From: Fistulifera solaris
Lineage: Eukaryota
DNA length: 64,000 nt
Assembly (NCBI GenBank): GCA_030295235.1
Contig: AP026142.1
Span: forward strand, 62,001-126,000
Reading direction: 5' to 3'
Translations under genes and position numbers: made by a program
Notes under the pieces: generated by a model
What the model saw: the letters and a program-made list of their open reading frames with translations, nothing else
Told to the model about the DNA's origin: nothing
Databases searched by the model: none
Part shown: positions 28,463 through 40,264 of the stretch, in pieces
Layout of the letters: each line of letters opens with the position of its first letter
Position numbering within the stretch: position 1 is the stretch's first letter

Positions 28463-29514
28463 GCGAAAATTCATGCCACATGTCACATGTGACATGTTAG
28501 AGCCAAGTGACAACTCTCATTATTATCGCGAAACAAGCTACTACTACGAAATACTATGAGTTGTGCGTTAAAGGATTGGTTTGCGAGATGCCATTCACTT
28601 CACCAGTCTACGTGGATATCGACAGATCAACATAGGATGTGAAAGAAAGGTTGAGTCCTTTATTGTTCGGACTTTTATCTGAAACTCTCTTGCGTTCTAG
28701 AAAATAGGTATCCTGTGCATTCTCTCTCTGTGGCGAGAACGGCTCGACGAAACCCTTTTTGATACCCATGGATTTGGACCGTTGATGACATCTTACGACA
28801 GCATAGTCTGCCTTTCCGCTTCTCTTTGCAATAATGACACAATTTATTTCTCGTCCGCACCGTAAACGAGAATGGCGATCAATGATGCCCGAAATATGAT
28901 CTCCGGAACCAGGTGCTGTATGCGGATGGCTCTCGCCGTTAAGTGGCTCTAAGTCATTTTATGTCATCTAGTGTGCCTGTATTTGGTGGAGCGTTCTACT
29001 ACCAGCGTGCTTTTGAATTCGGGAGTTGTTTGTTTTGTTACCTTTACCATTATCAGTGGATGGTTACGTTGAGCAGCAGACGCAAAAGGGCACAAAAGTT
29101 AGGCGGTCTGAATCGGTTTAAAGTAAAAGTAATAGCATAACATCCCACCATTAAACGAATGATATTGAAAAAGCCGTTGAATGAATCATCAAGAACACCA
29201 TCACAACTGATCTAGGAAAACGCTTTCGAAAACCCTATCTGGAGTCTCTAGTCTCTAGAGAGGTCGATCACCATGTGCCCGTGCGGCTGCAGTACAAAAC
29301 ACACGTGACCTGTCAATTGCATCCCACGTCACGGACCAACTCGAAGAACAAGACCAACAGATGCTGTCGTGCCAAAAACTCCACCCCCGCGTGTCGTGCG
29401 CCTTTTCGCCGCAGGGTAGTGAGCGCACCTCTTCATCGCTTTTTGCTCACCCTGCCTTTCACGAACCCTGTCGCATTCGAATTGATATATTATAAACATT
29501 CTTAAAGCAACAAC

Positions 29515-30180
29515 ATGACCATAATGAGTTGTCAGGAGAGAGGCAAAATTGTTCGACTGAACGTAGGAGGTACTCGATACGATGTCTCGCGCACTACACT
29601 CGAACGTTGCGAAGGATCGATGCTGAACAGCTTGATTTCGGAATACTGGAAAGAAGGCAATTCCGATGAACCGATTTTCATTGATCGCAATGGTCGTTTG
29701 TTCGAATATGTGCTGGATTATTTACGAACGGCCAAAGTGTATTTGCCATCTTCCGTCAGTTTACTCGCCTTGGAAGAAGAATTCGATTTTTACGGATTGG
29801 ATGTAGATATGACCAAAGTGCACTGCATGGATGCCAGCATGGGTTCGTTGAATGCATTGTACGAAAGTCATTACTTGTTGGGACTCGCGGATCAAATATC
29901 GGCCGAAGCCTACACGACCGCGGCCCGGCGGGCCGTCGAAAAGAGTTTACGGAAAAGTGACATTGCGCCCAAACCCTCCCGCGAAATACCCTTCTTTATT
30001 CTGGTGGAATGTTACAAGCGCAATCCGACACCGGGGGCATCGTTTTGTGTTTACATCCCCGAAGAATATCAGCCCCATATGGATACCGATTTGGTGAACA
30101 ATATTTTGACCAATCGGGGCTTTGAAATTGTGAATTCAGCCTTTAAGCACTTCTTGTACATTAAGAAGGTTTCTGAATGA
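29515..30180 (+). CDS. KCTD-type BTB/POZ protein
   Basis: VRLNVGGTRYDVSRTTL, FIDRNGRLFEYVLDYLR, EEFDFYGL; C-terminal ILTNRGF. Confidence 0.9.
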   Translation: MTIMSCQERGKIVRLNVGGTRYDVSRTTLERCEGSMLNSLISEYWKEGNSDEPIFIDRNGRLFEYVLDYLRTAKVYLPSSVSLLALEEEFDFYGLDVDMTKVHCMDASMGSLNALYESHYLLGLADQISAEAYTTAARRAVEKSLRKSDIAPKPSREIPFFILVECYKRNPTPGASFCVYIPEEYQPHMDTDLVNNILTNRGFEIVNSAFKHFLYIKKVSE

Positions 30181-30797
30181 TGAAAAGTCTGGTAGGGGAA
30201 GAGTTGGCACAAGAGTTAAAAAAAATGAAGAGGGCGGCGCTAAAGCTGCGGTAGCACGCATCTTTGTCATTTGAATCGCAGTTCAGATCGTGAATCTATT
30301 CTCGATCTGTGAAGGAAGTGATGGTGGCATGTCGTCCATTGGGACGTACAATAAGTTTTCCGTGTGTATATAGAAGGAACTTATCTACAAAGGCGCCTTT
30401 TATCTGATGTTACTTGAAAAGTTCACCCTAGCAAAACATTCGTGTTGCCATCATTCATAGCTACTTTGGGTCGTGCGTCCTGCGTCATAAAGGACGTGAC
30501 GTCTATCCAGCGAATTGTACGCGGGAGAGGGACCGTTTCGTGGGTTAAACAACCGGTCATCGGTCATTTTTTTCGAAAATGGGTTTTTATTGCGGCTAAA
30601 TTATTCTGACGTTTTCAAACACGATTAAATAATGAAATTGTCTTATCGCTCTTCATCAATTCCTTCTTCATAAATTATTCAGCGAGGAGTCGATCTAGCC
30701 CGCAAAAGAATCATCAAAGTCCTTGCCTTCCAACAATTGCTCTCCTCTCCGGTCGGTACCGTTCCCTGCCACAACTCCTTAGGCTTTTCATCGCGAT

Positions 30798-31493
30798 ATG
30801 ATTTGTCTAAATGTGGGAGGCATTCGCTATCAAGTCTCTCGTGAGACATTAACGCGATACGAAGGATCCTTACTTGCCACTTACGCCAACAGTTGGAATG
30901 AGAATACATTCAACCAAGAGATTTTTATTTTCCGCGACGGGCATTTATTTGCTTACGTCTTGGATTATCTGCAATCCGGAAAAGTTCATTGGCCTTCGTC
31001 AGTCATTCAAATGAAGCTAAAACAGGAACTGGATTACTATGGAATTCCGGTGGATGCGAGCAAAATTGTGGAAGAAAAGGACTACTTTATTATTGATCGA
31101 TTGACGAAAGAGATCAAAGAACACAAGGCTGCTATCGAAGAAAAGGAGAGACAAGTAGTTGCGATCGTGGAGTCGTATCGTCTGACGCATCAGTATGCAG
31201 AAATCGTCTCAAAGAGCAGCGGTAATGGTTTTTCTACACACTCGTTCCCTGTGACGGGAAATTTTGACAAGAAATTGCTGCAGGAAAGCTTGCTTTCCCG
31301 CGGACTCGATGCCTACTTTTATCAGAACGCGAAGCAGGGAGCAAAGGTTATACTAGGTCCTATTACAGAAGAGGATAAGAGAATCTATGGCGAGAAACGC
31401 ACCGGCTTTCAGTTTACATTTCATGACAACACAACGACACCCCTTGCTTCCGCAGCCATCAGACGTCGGATCGTGAGATCGAAGAAGCGCTAA
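30798..31493 (+). CDS. KCTD-type BTB/POZ protein with coiled coil
   Basis: CLNVGGIRYQVSRETL, FRDGHLFAYVLDYL; close paralog of 32191; in-frame TAG just upstream removes the N-terminal extension. Confidence 0.88.
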   Translation: MICLNVGGIRYQVSRETLTRYEGSLLATYANSWNENTFNQEIFIFRDGHLFAYVLDYLQSGKVHWPSSVIQMKLKQELDYYGIPVDASKIVEEKDYFIIDRLTKEIKEHKAAIEEKERQVVAIVESYRLTHQYAEIVSKSSGNGFSTHSFPVTGNFDKKLLQESLLSRGLDAYFYQNAKQGAKVILGPITEEDKRIYGEKRTGFQFTFHDNTTTPLASAAIRRRIVRSKKR

Positions 31494-31830
31494 TTTTAAG
31501 CCTTAGGTCGAGTCTCAATTGTTGGTCTCTTACACGTCTTACCTGGTAGCTCTTAGCTAGAAAACAAAAAGATAACGAGCGAATTTTCGCTAGCGTGTCG
31601 AACCTTGAAGGCGCGGCACTCAACGTCAATGCAGCTGTTTAGCGGTAATCAGCTTCATTTCATCTTAGAATAATCAAGGTTGGGTATTTTGAAATATAGC
31701 TACTTTATAATGAAAATTCAAGCTTGCTAGTTAGTCTATAAACCTCAGTTTTTTCCTTTACACTCCTCGTGACTCATGAACGACCGTCAATCACGCAAAG
31801 AAATGAGGAAAGGAAAAACTGTTGCGTCAA

Positions 31831-31990
31831 GCGGTACTCATCAAGAGGCAGTATACTATAAACTGTCTCCAATTCAAGAAAGCCTGCGTGTATTTCAAGT
31901 CATTTTGTGTGACGCTTTCTCGCTTTCGACGTTTTCGAAGAAACGCCACGTAAAATGGAGGAAAGGCTCGCAAAATGACACGCGAAAAGC
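31831..31990 (+). repeat. BTB-associated module copy 3 (palindrome 31899-31979)
   Basis: GCGGTACTC...GAAAGCCTGCG...GTCATTTTG...GAAACGCCACGTAAAATGG...CAAAATGAC. Confidence 0.88.
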
Positions 31991-32190
31991 GAAAGACGTG
32001 ACAAAATGGCGGACAAGAGAGACGAAATTTGGGTCACGCAAGCAATGCAACAAAACCAAAAGGCCTCTCATCCTTCACGTCAATAATAATTCATTCTATG
32101 ATTGTTGCTTTTGCTTGAACATTCAGTTGATCCGTTGCTCAATCAAAATATATTGACATTCATTTACTGACCTTTTCGCATGTATTAACC

Positions 32191-33036
32191 ATGGCAGATG
32201 CTCGCATCAAGAAAACACGATTGTCGTTGGACGATGACCTCAATGAAGACTTCGAAAACCTCACTGTCGAAGAAACAAAGGACGACACAAAAGTATATTC
32301 TTTCACATTCGGGGAAAAGAAGGAAGCAAAGGATGACCAGCCTCCTCCCACGAACACTCCGACGGCTTTTAATCGCGATATAATTTGCTTGAATGTTGGA
32401 GGAATCCGTTATGAAGTCTCTCGAACGACGATGACGCAATACGAAGGATCCGTTTTAGCTAGTCTCGCCAAGACGTGGAACGAAGAAAAAATTAACAGTG
32501 AGATCTTTGTGTTCCGTGACGGGCCTTTGTTTGCTTACGTTTTGGATTATCTGCGATCGGACAAAGTGTACTTACCGTATTCGATTACGCGGGCTGCGCT
32601 ACAAGAAGAATTCGATCACTTTCAGATTCCTGCGGACATGGGAAAGGTTTATGTCGAAAAAGATTACTTTACTATTGATCGACTGACGAAAGAGATCAAA
32701 GAACACAAGGAAGCTATTGAAGAGAAGGAGAGGGCTGTCTCCGCCATCATTGAATCCTATCGTCTTGCGCACAATCTTACGGCCTCTGTCATGAAACACG
32801 GATTTGATTGGTCCCAGGTGGTGACACCTAGCTTTACTGTCACCCCGGGCATCGACAAGAAACTATTGCGCGATTGTTTGTTGGTGCAAGGAGTCGAAGT
32901 GTATGGGTACCGAATGGAAAATTTTGAAGCGCGCATTTCATTGGGGCCCATTCAAGAAGATGACGGAGGAACTCCCTGCAAAGGTGCTTACCGTCAGACG
33001 GCCACTGGATCGCCATTTCGCTTTTTTGATCCATAA
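32191..33036 (+). CDS. KCTD-type BTB/POZ protein with coiled coil
   Basis: CLNVGGIRYEVSRTTM, FRDGPLFAYVLDYLR, IDKKLLRDCLLVQG. Confidence 0.9.
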   Translation: MADARIKKTRLSLDDDLNEDFENLTVEETKDDTKVYSFTFGEKKEAKDDQPPPTNTPTAFNRDIICLNVGGIRYEVSRTTMTQYEGSVLASLAKTWNEEKINSEIFVFRDGPLFAYVLDYLRSDKVYLPYSITRAALQEEFDHFQIPADMGKVYVEKDYFTIDRLTKEIKEHKEAIEEKERAVSAIIESYRLAHNLTASVMKHGFDWSQVVTPSFTVTPGIDKKLLRDCLLVQGVEVYGYRMENFEARISLGPIQEDDGGTPCKGAYRQTATGSPFRFFDP

Positions 33037-33774
33037 ATGTGAGAAATTGGAGCCCTGAAACACAGGACATCTTTTTCTTCAAACTTCATGTAGCATTCCG
33101 ACTATGGGACCAAATCGTAGACGGAACTTACAAGGACAACCTCGACTGCTCTCCGTCATGAATCTAGAATGTAAGAGTAATAGGATCGTGCAATAGCAGC
33201 AGTTTTCCTCGATCATTTTTATACGACTACTTTAGCAAGTTGATCAACGCACACGTCGATCTTATCATCAAGTAAGAGTTTTCTCAGCTAGCGTGGCTAA
33301 CTTGGCGTCAGAAACTGACGTCACAGATTGATCATAGTCACCATAATCCCACACGCTCTGTGACTACTACGTACAACAAGGATTTTGACGTGAAACGCAA
33401 AAAGACATTATTCGCTTATAATTGCGTTGCTGCGAACGTCGAAAGCGACGACACAAAGTGTTTCGTAATTATCGCAATAATAGGCTTTTTCTTGAGAGTG
33501 TGACTACGACTGCTTCTCTGTTTCGCGGCGGAGTCTTCATTGAAGACAAACGGATACATAAGCGAGTCCGGTTTTCTCAAACAGAGGGACGGCTTTCGCG
33601 TGAGTTCAGCGTTTCCATTTGCCACAACAGCTCTCCATTTCTCATCTGTAATTATTCGTGTAAAACAGTCGATAACTTAAATACTCGGCAAAACTCAAGA
33701 ACGATTTTGAGAAGCATTTTGTATCATAAACTTTTACTGATAATCATTCAGAGCAAGAAAGAATCACCAGCAAC

Positions 33775-34509
33775 ATGACAATGACCGCAAATGAAACTCT
33801 TTTTTCAGAACAAGCTACTGAGATTCCTTCCGCTACAGCAAGCGAAACCAAGAGCCAGTCGAATGATACACCGAAAGCCAAGCCGACAACTCCACGCTGT
33901 GCTAGCTCGCGAGGAATCGTCCGTCTAAACGTAGGAGGCTCCCGCTACGAAGTTTCCCGCAACACTTTGACGCGTTACGAAGGATCCATGCTGGCCAGTC
34001 TTATTTCCGGCAAATGGAAGGAAGGAGAAGGCGATGAAGAAATCTTTATCGATCGCGACGGCCGTCGCTTCGGGTACATCTTGGAATATTTGCGTTCTGA
34101 CCGTGTGCATCTACCGCACTTGTCGGCCCGGTCTGCCTTGATGGAAGAGTTTGAGTATTTCGGAATTGATGCCGACGAGAGCAAGATTCTCGTCCAGCAC
34201 GACTTTATGTGTATCGATCAACTCAAGAAAGAAATCATCGTTCACCAAGCTGCCATCGCCGAGAAGGAAAGGGAAGTGGCAGCCATTTTGGAATCCTACC
34301 GCATGGCCAAGGAATTTTCCGAGTACGTCAAAACATGGGGATTGAATCTCATGATGCAGATTTCAGTCCAGAAAACTGTCGATCGAGAGATGCTTCGTGA
34401 ATGCTTGCTATCGCGGGGACTCAAGGTGGAGAACTACAATGTGAAAGAAGATGGAACAGTCATTGCCCATCTTGTTTCGCTGGGTATGTCTAGTCGTGCC
34501 AATAAGTAG
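33775..34509 (+). CDS. KCTD-type BTB/POZ protein with coiled coil
   Basis: VRLNVGGSRYEVSRNTL, FIDRDGRRFGYILEYLR, VDREMLRECLLSRG. Confidence 0.9.
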   Translation: MTMTANETLFSEQATEIPSATASETKSQSNDTPKAKPTTPRCASSRGIVRLNVGGSRYEVSRNTLTRYEGSMLASLISGKWKEGEGDEEIFIDRDGRRFGYILEYLRSDRVHLPHLSARSALMEEFEYFGIDADESKILVQHDFMCIDQLKKEIIVHQAAIAEKEREVAAILESYRMAKEFSEYVKTWGLNLMMQISVQKTVDREMLRECLLSRGLKVENYNVKEDGTVIAHLVSLGMSSRANK

Positions 34510-34874
34510 CCGCATAAAGAATGTGTTTCAATAAAAGACTACTTTGCAAACAGAGACTCGACGGTCGCTTCTCGTCAACGCCTTTCTTTCAATTAATCAA
34601 AGTGTGGATCGCATAAATGAGGGCAAAGGTTTTGCTTATCCTTATCCCATAGAATCGGCTTAGTGTTGCGATCTGAAGCAGCAAGACACTCGAGAATGAC
34701 GAAAAGTTTTATAAAAAAACGATACGATATGATGTTTCTCACAACACCCTCGAACGCTGGGAGGGCACGATGCTGGCATGCATGATTTCGGAACCTTCGC
34801 GAGATCGCTTCTCCGAAAAACGAATAAACCTGTCCTTCGAAAATGGTGGTGACTCGCTTGAGTAAGACAACGCA

Positions 34875-35115
34875 CCCATTTCATTGATCGCAATGGATTA
34901 CTGTTTCAGTACGTCCTCGATTATTTCACAGTGAAGTTTACTTGCCATCGATTGTGAGTCAAGAGATGCTGTTGTGAAGGAGTTCGATTTTTATGCAATC
35001 GATTGACCTGAGCAGTAGATTGTTTTGAGTATGTTCTTGAGTATCTGAGATCAAATGAGGTCTACTTGCCGTCCTCTGTAGACCGATCCGCTGTGGAAAA
35101 AGAATTTGCGTTTTA
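34875..35115 (+). pseudogene. Two adjacent BTB fragments
   Basis: FIDRNGLLFQYVLDY...EFDFYAI followed by FEYVLEYLRSNEVYLPSSVDRSAVEKEFAF; frames broken. Confidence 0.75.
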
Positions 35116-35415
35116 AATAACATTCATGGAAAAGCTCGGTCCAAAGTTTGTTCAATACCTTGTCTCGAAAATTGCATCCACAAAAAGAGACATGCACTTG
35201 CTCATGGCCAAACAAACTTGCCACTGAAACAGCAACTTTTGTTGAATTCATTTTCATTTATTACACGGAGTAATAATAGCTCTATCCATTTGTCGTAAAA
35301 GGACGCATTTACAGCTGCAAGGTGCGGGAAAAGCCCCCGTAGAGAAATGTACCAAGCAGAGGTGCGTTCCCGTGTCTCCCAGTTGTTGTCGACCGCGCCC
35401 ATTGTGGAGGGCAAA

Positions 35416-35640
35416 GCGGTACTCATTGATTACGCCACACACGTGTTCTATACAGGGAAAAGTGGGCAAAAGGAACGCCCCCGTCTCATCGCGTCAATTT
35501 GTGTGAGACTTTCTCATTTTCGACGTTTTCAAAGAAACGCCACGTACAATGGGACGAAAGTCTCTCAAAATGACGCCGCAAACAAACGAGAACTCGGACA
35601 CCATGAGGCAACACCACGCGAGCTCTCTCGTCCGCATGTC
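35416..35640 (+). repeat. BTB-associated module copy 4 (palindrome 35491-35576)
   Basis: GCGTCAATTTGTGTGAGACTTTC...GAAACGCCACGT...GAAAGTCTCTCAAAATGACGC; extended similarity to copies 2 and 8. Confidence 0.9.
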
Positions 35641-36400
35641 CGTATAAGTATGTGACAGAAACAGAATGCCATGTTATCGTGATGGTGAGGCACAAACATG
35701 CTTTCAATGCATTATAAAGCAAGTTCCTGAGCAGCGAGACGAGGCCTCCGCTCCATCACGTTATCTCTGCAATGTCAACCTATCAAAAAGTGGGTTGAAG
35801 TTCGGCAATGCTTCCCTTCGCTGCATTGTAAACATAAACCATCACGAAAGCTTCCGCCGAGTGTTTCTATCATCACACCTCCACAAAAGACTCGCTTATC
35901 ATCTGTGCGTGAATAGAGCAAAGATCGTATGCTACATCAAAACGACTGTGTGAACGCCGTATAAACCTAACAATCCGACGCCTCTTCTAATATGGCATCC
36001 TCGAAATCATCATTCAATAGCGACTTCTTTATAATACACGCGACGACTACTGAACGTTCCATATCGCCATCAAGCGGAAAAAACAAGCTGCAACCAGCAA
36101 AACTGCGGCAATGAATCACGTGACATTGAGAAAGTTTGCGCGTTTTTCTACACAAGTCGTCGCACGAATCGTATCTTACCATTCTTCCGTGATGTTCCGA
36201 AGCGCTATAAGTGTCACAAATCTTTCCTCGTCACGAAAAGTACAGTCCGCGGTATTCGCCACTTTCAAATGCGGAGGTGACTTGGAACGGTTCGCAATAA
36301 AGAAACAACTCGGATTATTTTTTTTGTTTCACCGAGCGCAACAAGATTCCTGGCATTATTACTTGCAACGTGCTCTCGCAATACGAATCTCTCCTTAACA

Positions 36401-37024
36401 ATGACGACGGAAGAAACCAAACCCACAATTGTTCAGCTCGATGTGGGAGGCACGCTTTACAAAGTATCACGTGACACAATCGAGCGTTGCGAGGGATCCA
36501 TGCTGGCCAGTTTAATATCTGATCAATGGAAAGAAGGCAATACCGACGAACCGATTTTTATTGACCGCAATGGTCGTTTGTTTGAGCATGTTCTGGACTA
36601 TTTGCGCGCGAGCAAAGTGTATTTGCCTTCGACGGTGAACATCGAGGCCGTGAAAGAGGAGTTTGAGTTTTATGGGATCGATGCCGACATGGGGGAAGTT
36701 CACGAAAAGTACGGTCACAAGTATTTACATGAGCTCAATGAAAGGATTCGTGTCCAAGAAGAGAGCTTGTACGCGTTAAAGGCGGAAGCCCATGCGATTC
36801 AGGCTTCGATGATGGTGGAACATGAATTTTTCAAAGAACATGAGACTCCCTACATTCCAATTCCCGAAGAATATCGACCAAAGCGTCACACGCGGTGCAT
36901 TGATTTGCCGGAAGAGTATAGACCGTTTGACAAAGAAACGCTGCGAACTTGCCTGCAACAGAGAGGTTTTAAACTGAATCGAGCGGATCGAGACTATGTT
37001 TCAGTTGAGGATATGGAAAGCTAG
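36401..37024 (+). CDS. KCTD-type BTB/POZ protein with coiled coil
   Basis: VQLDVGGTLYKVSRDTI, FIDRNGRLFEHVLDYLR; duplicated PEEYRP; FDKETLRTCLQQRG. Confidence 0.9.
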   Translation: MTTEETKPTIVQLDVGGTLYKVSRDTIERCEGSMLASLISDQWKEGNTDEPIFIDRNGRLFEHVLDYLRASKVYLPSTVNIEAVKEEFEFYGIDADMGEVHEKYGHKYLHELNERIRVQEESLYALKAEAHAIQASMMVEHEFFKEHETPYIPIPEEYRPKRHTRCIDLPEEYRPFDKETLRTCLQQRGFKLNRADRDYVSVEDMES

Positions 37025-37229
37025 TAAGCAAGCAAACAAGCAAGCAAAGTAATACCAAAACGCTTATTCACTTCCTATTGTCACTTGTAGAACTACAAGA
37101 TTCCCATTTGCGTTAAGTCGATGGTCGATATCTGTTCTATTTCCTTGAAACGCAGGTATGACAAAAAGCTGGATCTGACTGAATGTATTTTATCAGAATA
37201 AAATCAATCGAAGCGTTTATCGTAAGTTG

Positions 37230-37300
37230 CGCTTGAACTCTTTGGTAGCCGAATTACTTCGTGATTGTTTGCTATCTCGCGGCGTGCAGGAATCGGCTAG
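37230..37300 (+). pseudogene. Isolated C-terminal fragment of a BTB-family gene
   Basis: AELLRDCLLSRGV matches the family C-terminal motif. Confidence 0.6.
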
Positions 37301-37563
37301 GCGGATAGTTGATATCTGTGTCACCGGGTTAGAAGACCAATACCTGGTACGCCTCAGAGAGCTCTTAGACTCTACTGTTTTCAATCAGAAAGTCAGAACT
37401 ACTGTTCATGATGAGTTAAGCGCTCTCATTTCTTAAGTCATAGTTTCTAGGAATATTTCAAAATACACACCTTTACGTCTAGGTCGAGTTTTATGGCCGA
37501 TTTGGTCGCGACTGAACAGATCATGAGTACCAGGTAGCTTGGCTGACGTCAATCACACTCACC

Positions 37564-37665
37564 CGGTACTCATCTGTGCAGGTGCATTTCTCACGTTTGA
37601 CGTATTTCGAGAAAAGCCACGTAAAATTGGACGGAACGTCTCCCAAAATGACGCGAAAACAAAGA
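37564..37665 (+). repeat. BTB-associated module copy 5 (left arm largely missing)
   Basis: CGGTACTC...GAAAAGCCACGTAAAATTGGACGGAACGTCTCCCAAAATGACGC. Confidence 0.82.
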
Positions 37666-38171
37666 TAACATGCGAGCTCTTTTCCGCTTATGACAAGACA
37701 TCGTGTCACTGCAAGACAAGCTACGTGCGAAACATCCTATGATGTGGTTGATGTGTTCGCTTGCTAAGTACCGGTACCTCTTCTTGTCGTGAGGGTTTGT
37801 GCGATTCGTGCTATCATGGAAACGGAAAAATGGATTGAATGTAACTGTTATTAAAAATGCGTGACAAACCGTGTGGCTAATCGGCCTCTTTCAAGAGAAC
37901 CACTCCATTTTCGTGCAACTCCATCGCAACAATTACACGTTGAAATGGGTTCTCTCTCTATAAAAGTTCGGGGATGTAAAATAGCACGCGCGCATGCACG
38001 AATGGGGCGCAACATGTGTTTGTTCTCTCAATATCGTTTCAACCTGTCCCACATCTCTAGCCGGCGTTGACAAATGTTTAAGACAGAGCCAACGGCTCAA
38101 TAACAATGCTCACAAAACCTGAGGTTCTCTTCGTTCGCTCGTTGCGTTGAACTCCTATTTGAAACGCAACC

Positions 38172-38824
38172 ATGCCACGACGAAAGAAACAAGCGTCTTT
38201 GGACGGAGAGAGTGACAACATGGACACTGGTATCGTCCGCTTGAACGTGGGAGGAACTCGTTATGAAGCAGCACGCGAAACATTAACGCGATTGGAGAGA
38301 TCTATGCTGGCAAGCCTCATAGCGGGCACATGGAAAGAAGGAAATGGTCAAAATGAGATCTTTCTGGATCGCGATGGCAAACTGTTTGCTTACATCCTGG
38401 CGTATTTGCGGTCCGATCGAGTCTATGTGCCCGATCTCTCTGTTCAATCAGCGCTCCGAGATGAATTTCAATACTTTGGTATTGATGCCGACATGAGCAA
38501 AGTGTCTGTCACGGACGACTTTGTGACGATCAACGAGCTCGGCAAAGAAATCAAAAGGTCTGAAAAATCCAACCTTCAGAAAGCAAAAAGATCGCTGCCA
38601 TCAAAGAATCGTATCGTCTGGTCGGTGAGTTTTCGGTCCGGGCCGAGACGCAAGGTCTGTTTTTGCGACATGATATTGATGATGATGTTGACACGGAGCT
38701 ACTTCGCGCATGTCTGCTGTCGCGGGGACTTCACGTCGTTAATTACCACACTGATTCGATGCCTCATACCGTTGATCTCTGTGCCATTGGATTGAAGGAC
38801 CAGTGCGATAAAAGTGCTGGATAG
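38172..38824 (+). CDS. KCTD-type BTB/POZ protein; frameshift near 38580
   Basis: VRLNVGGTRYEAARETL, FLDRDGKLFAYILAYLR; shifted frame gives IAAIKESYRL and VDTELLRACLLSRG, stop at 38822-38824. Confidence 0.85.
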
Positions 38825-39006
38825 TCGTATTCAGTCGCGACTAAATTTTTTTGTCGAATAGGCAACACAGCTTTAAACTAGCCTATTCCACTTCTTTTTA
38901 TCAACAAAGACCATCATGGATATCCATCAGCGTCAAATCTTTTCGACTTTTTTAAGCTCCTAGCTAGATAAACTACAGTAAGATTAAGTGTAACATTGAG
39001 TTCTAA

Positions 39007-39204
39007 GCGGTACTGAACTCTCTTGTAAAATGTACCCTGTTTCGGAAAGCCTGCGCTGTTTTTCATCACTTTGGACGAACGTTTCTCGATTTCGACGTTT
39101 TTAAGGAAACGCCACGTAAAAATTCAACGAAAGTCTCCTAGAATGACGCGAAACAAACATATAACGACGGACACGATGAGAAGAGCCACAGAAATGCCAC
39201 GCGA
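39007..39204 (+). repeat. BTB-associated module copy 6
   Basis: GCGGTACT...TGTACCC...GAAAGCCTGCG...GAAACGCCACGTAAAA...GAAAGTCTCCTAGAATGACGC...GGACAC...GCCACGCGA. Confidence 0.88.
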
Positions 39205-39634
39205 ATCTCGCTCCAACGTGACGACCGTTTTATTGTACTCGGAGTAAATAGGAGTGAAGATGAGGGACTTATTGTTTGTCAAAATAATGACCGAACTGAG
39301 CAGAATTGGAAAACGCTGCAATGGAACAATTCACTCAGTCGCTTCTGTTGTCCGTGGCTAAACCTAGAGCTAGGGGAGAATCTTATGCGTTGCGGCCGGG
39401 AAATTGGATGCTGATGGATGTACACGCAAGGACGACCGACTCGGTGGTATCCGCGGCTGCACCCTTGTCACGCTTTGGAGCGCACGTTGGAAACGGTCAT
39501 GATACGATGTTGTCGCGTGGACGGATTTCGACTGGACTCGCGAAACGAATCAATCTCGAAGATTCGGTGGAAGGAAAGAAAGGCGTGTGTTAGATGATTC
39601 ACAAAAGACGCTTGCTTGTAACGAAGCTTGAAGA

Positions 39635-40264
39635 ATGGAAATGGCAGAAAATGAAAACAATTGTATTTCGGTTGATGTGGGAGGAACCATGTATGAGATA
39701 TCTTGGGACACGCTCGCACGTTGTGAAGGTTCCAAGCTGGCGAACTTGATAACGGAGCAATGGAAAGGCGCTGCCATTGATGGTTCCATTTTGATCGACC
39801 GTGACGGCGAGCTTTTTGAGTATGTGCTCGATTACTTGCAAACGAATACGGTGTTTTTACCGCGTGCAGTGACTCGCATTGCTTTAGAGAAAGAGTTCAA
39901 GTACTATGGAATTGAAGCCGACATGACCAGTGTGCATGACTTGTATGGATTTGAACATCTTTGTATGATCAAAGAGGAGATTGGGGTACAAGAAGCTCAC
40001 CTTGACGTGTTAAAGAGTGAAGCAATGGCCATTCAGCTATCCATGTTCACCGAACTTGAGTATCTGAGAAACATACCGGGCAAGACTGATTGTGTGAACT
40101 TTGACATCCCCAAAGAATACAGCAATTACAACAAGGCGCTCTTCAAAGAATGCTTGGTTGCCCGAGGATTGGTGTATGTCCGAGGAACACTCAACGACAG
40201 GTCTTTGAACATCGCCAAGCAACTCAATGACGATGCGGATACAACAGAGCAGAGCGACGCATAA
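39635..40264 (+). CDS. KCTD-type BTB/POZ protein with coiled coil
   Basis: SVDVGGTMYEISWDTL, IDRDGELFEYVLDYL, LFKECLVARG. Confidence 0.9.
   Translation: MEMAENENNCISVDVGGTMYEISWDTLARCEGSKLANLITEQWKGAAIDGSILIDRDGELFEYVLDYLQTNTVFLPRAVTRIALEKEFKYYGIEADMTSVHDLYGFEHLCMIKEEIGVQEAHLDVLKSEAMAIQLSMFTELEYLRNIPGKTDCVNFDIPKEYSNYNKALFKECLVARGLVYVRGTLNDRSLNIAKQLNDDADTTEQSDA

Noticed and set aside
29515..30180. Voltage-gated potassium channel genes (T1 domain)
   Set aside because: None of the BTB copies has TM helices or a GYG pore motif.
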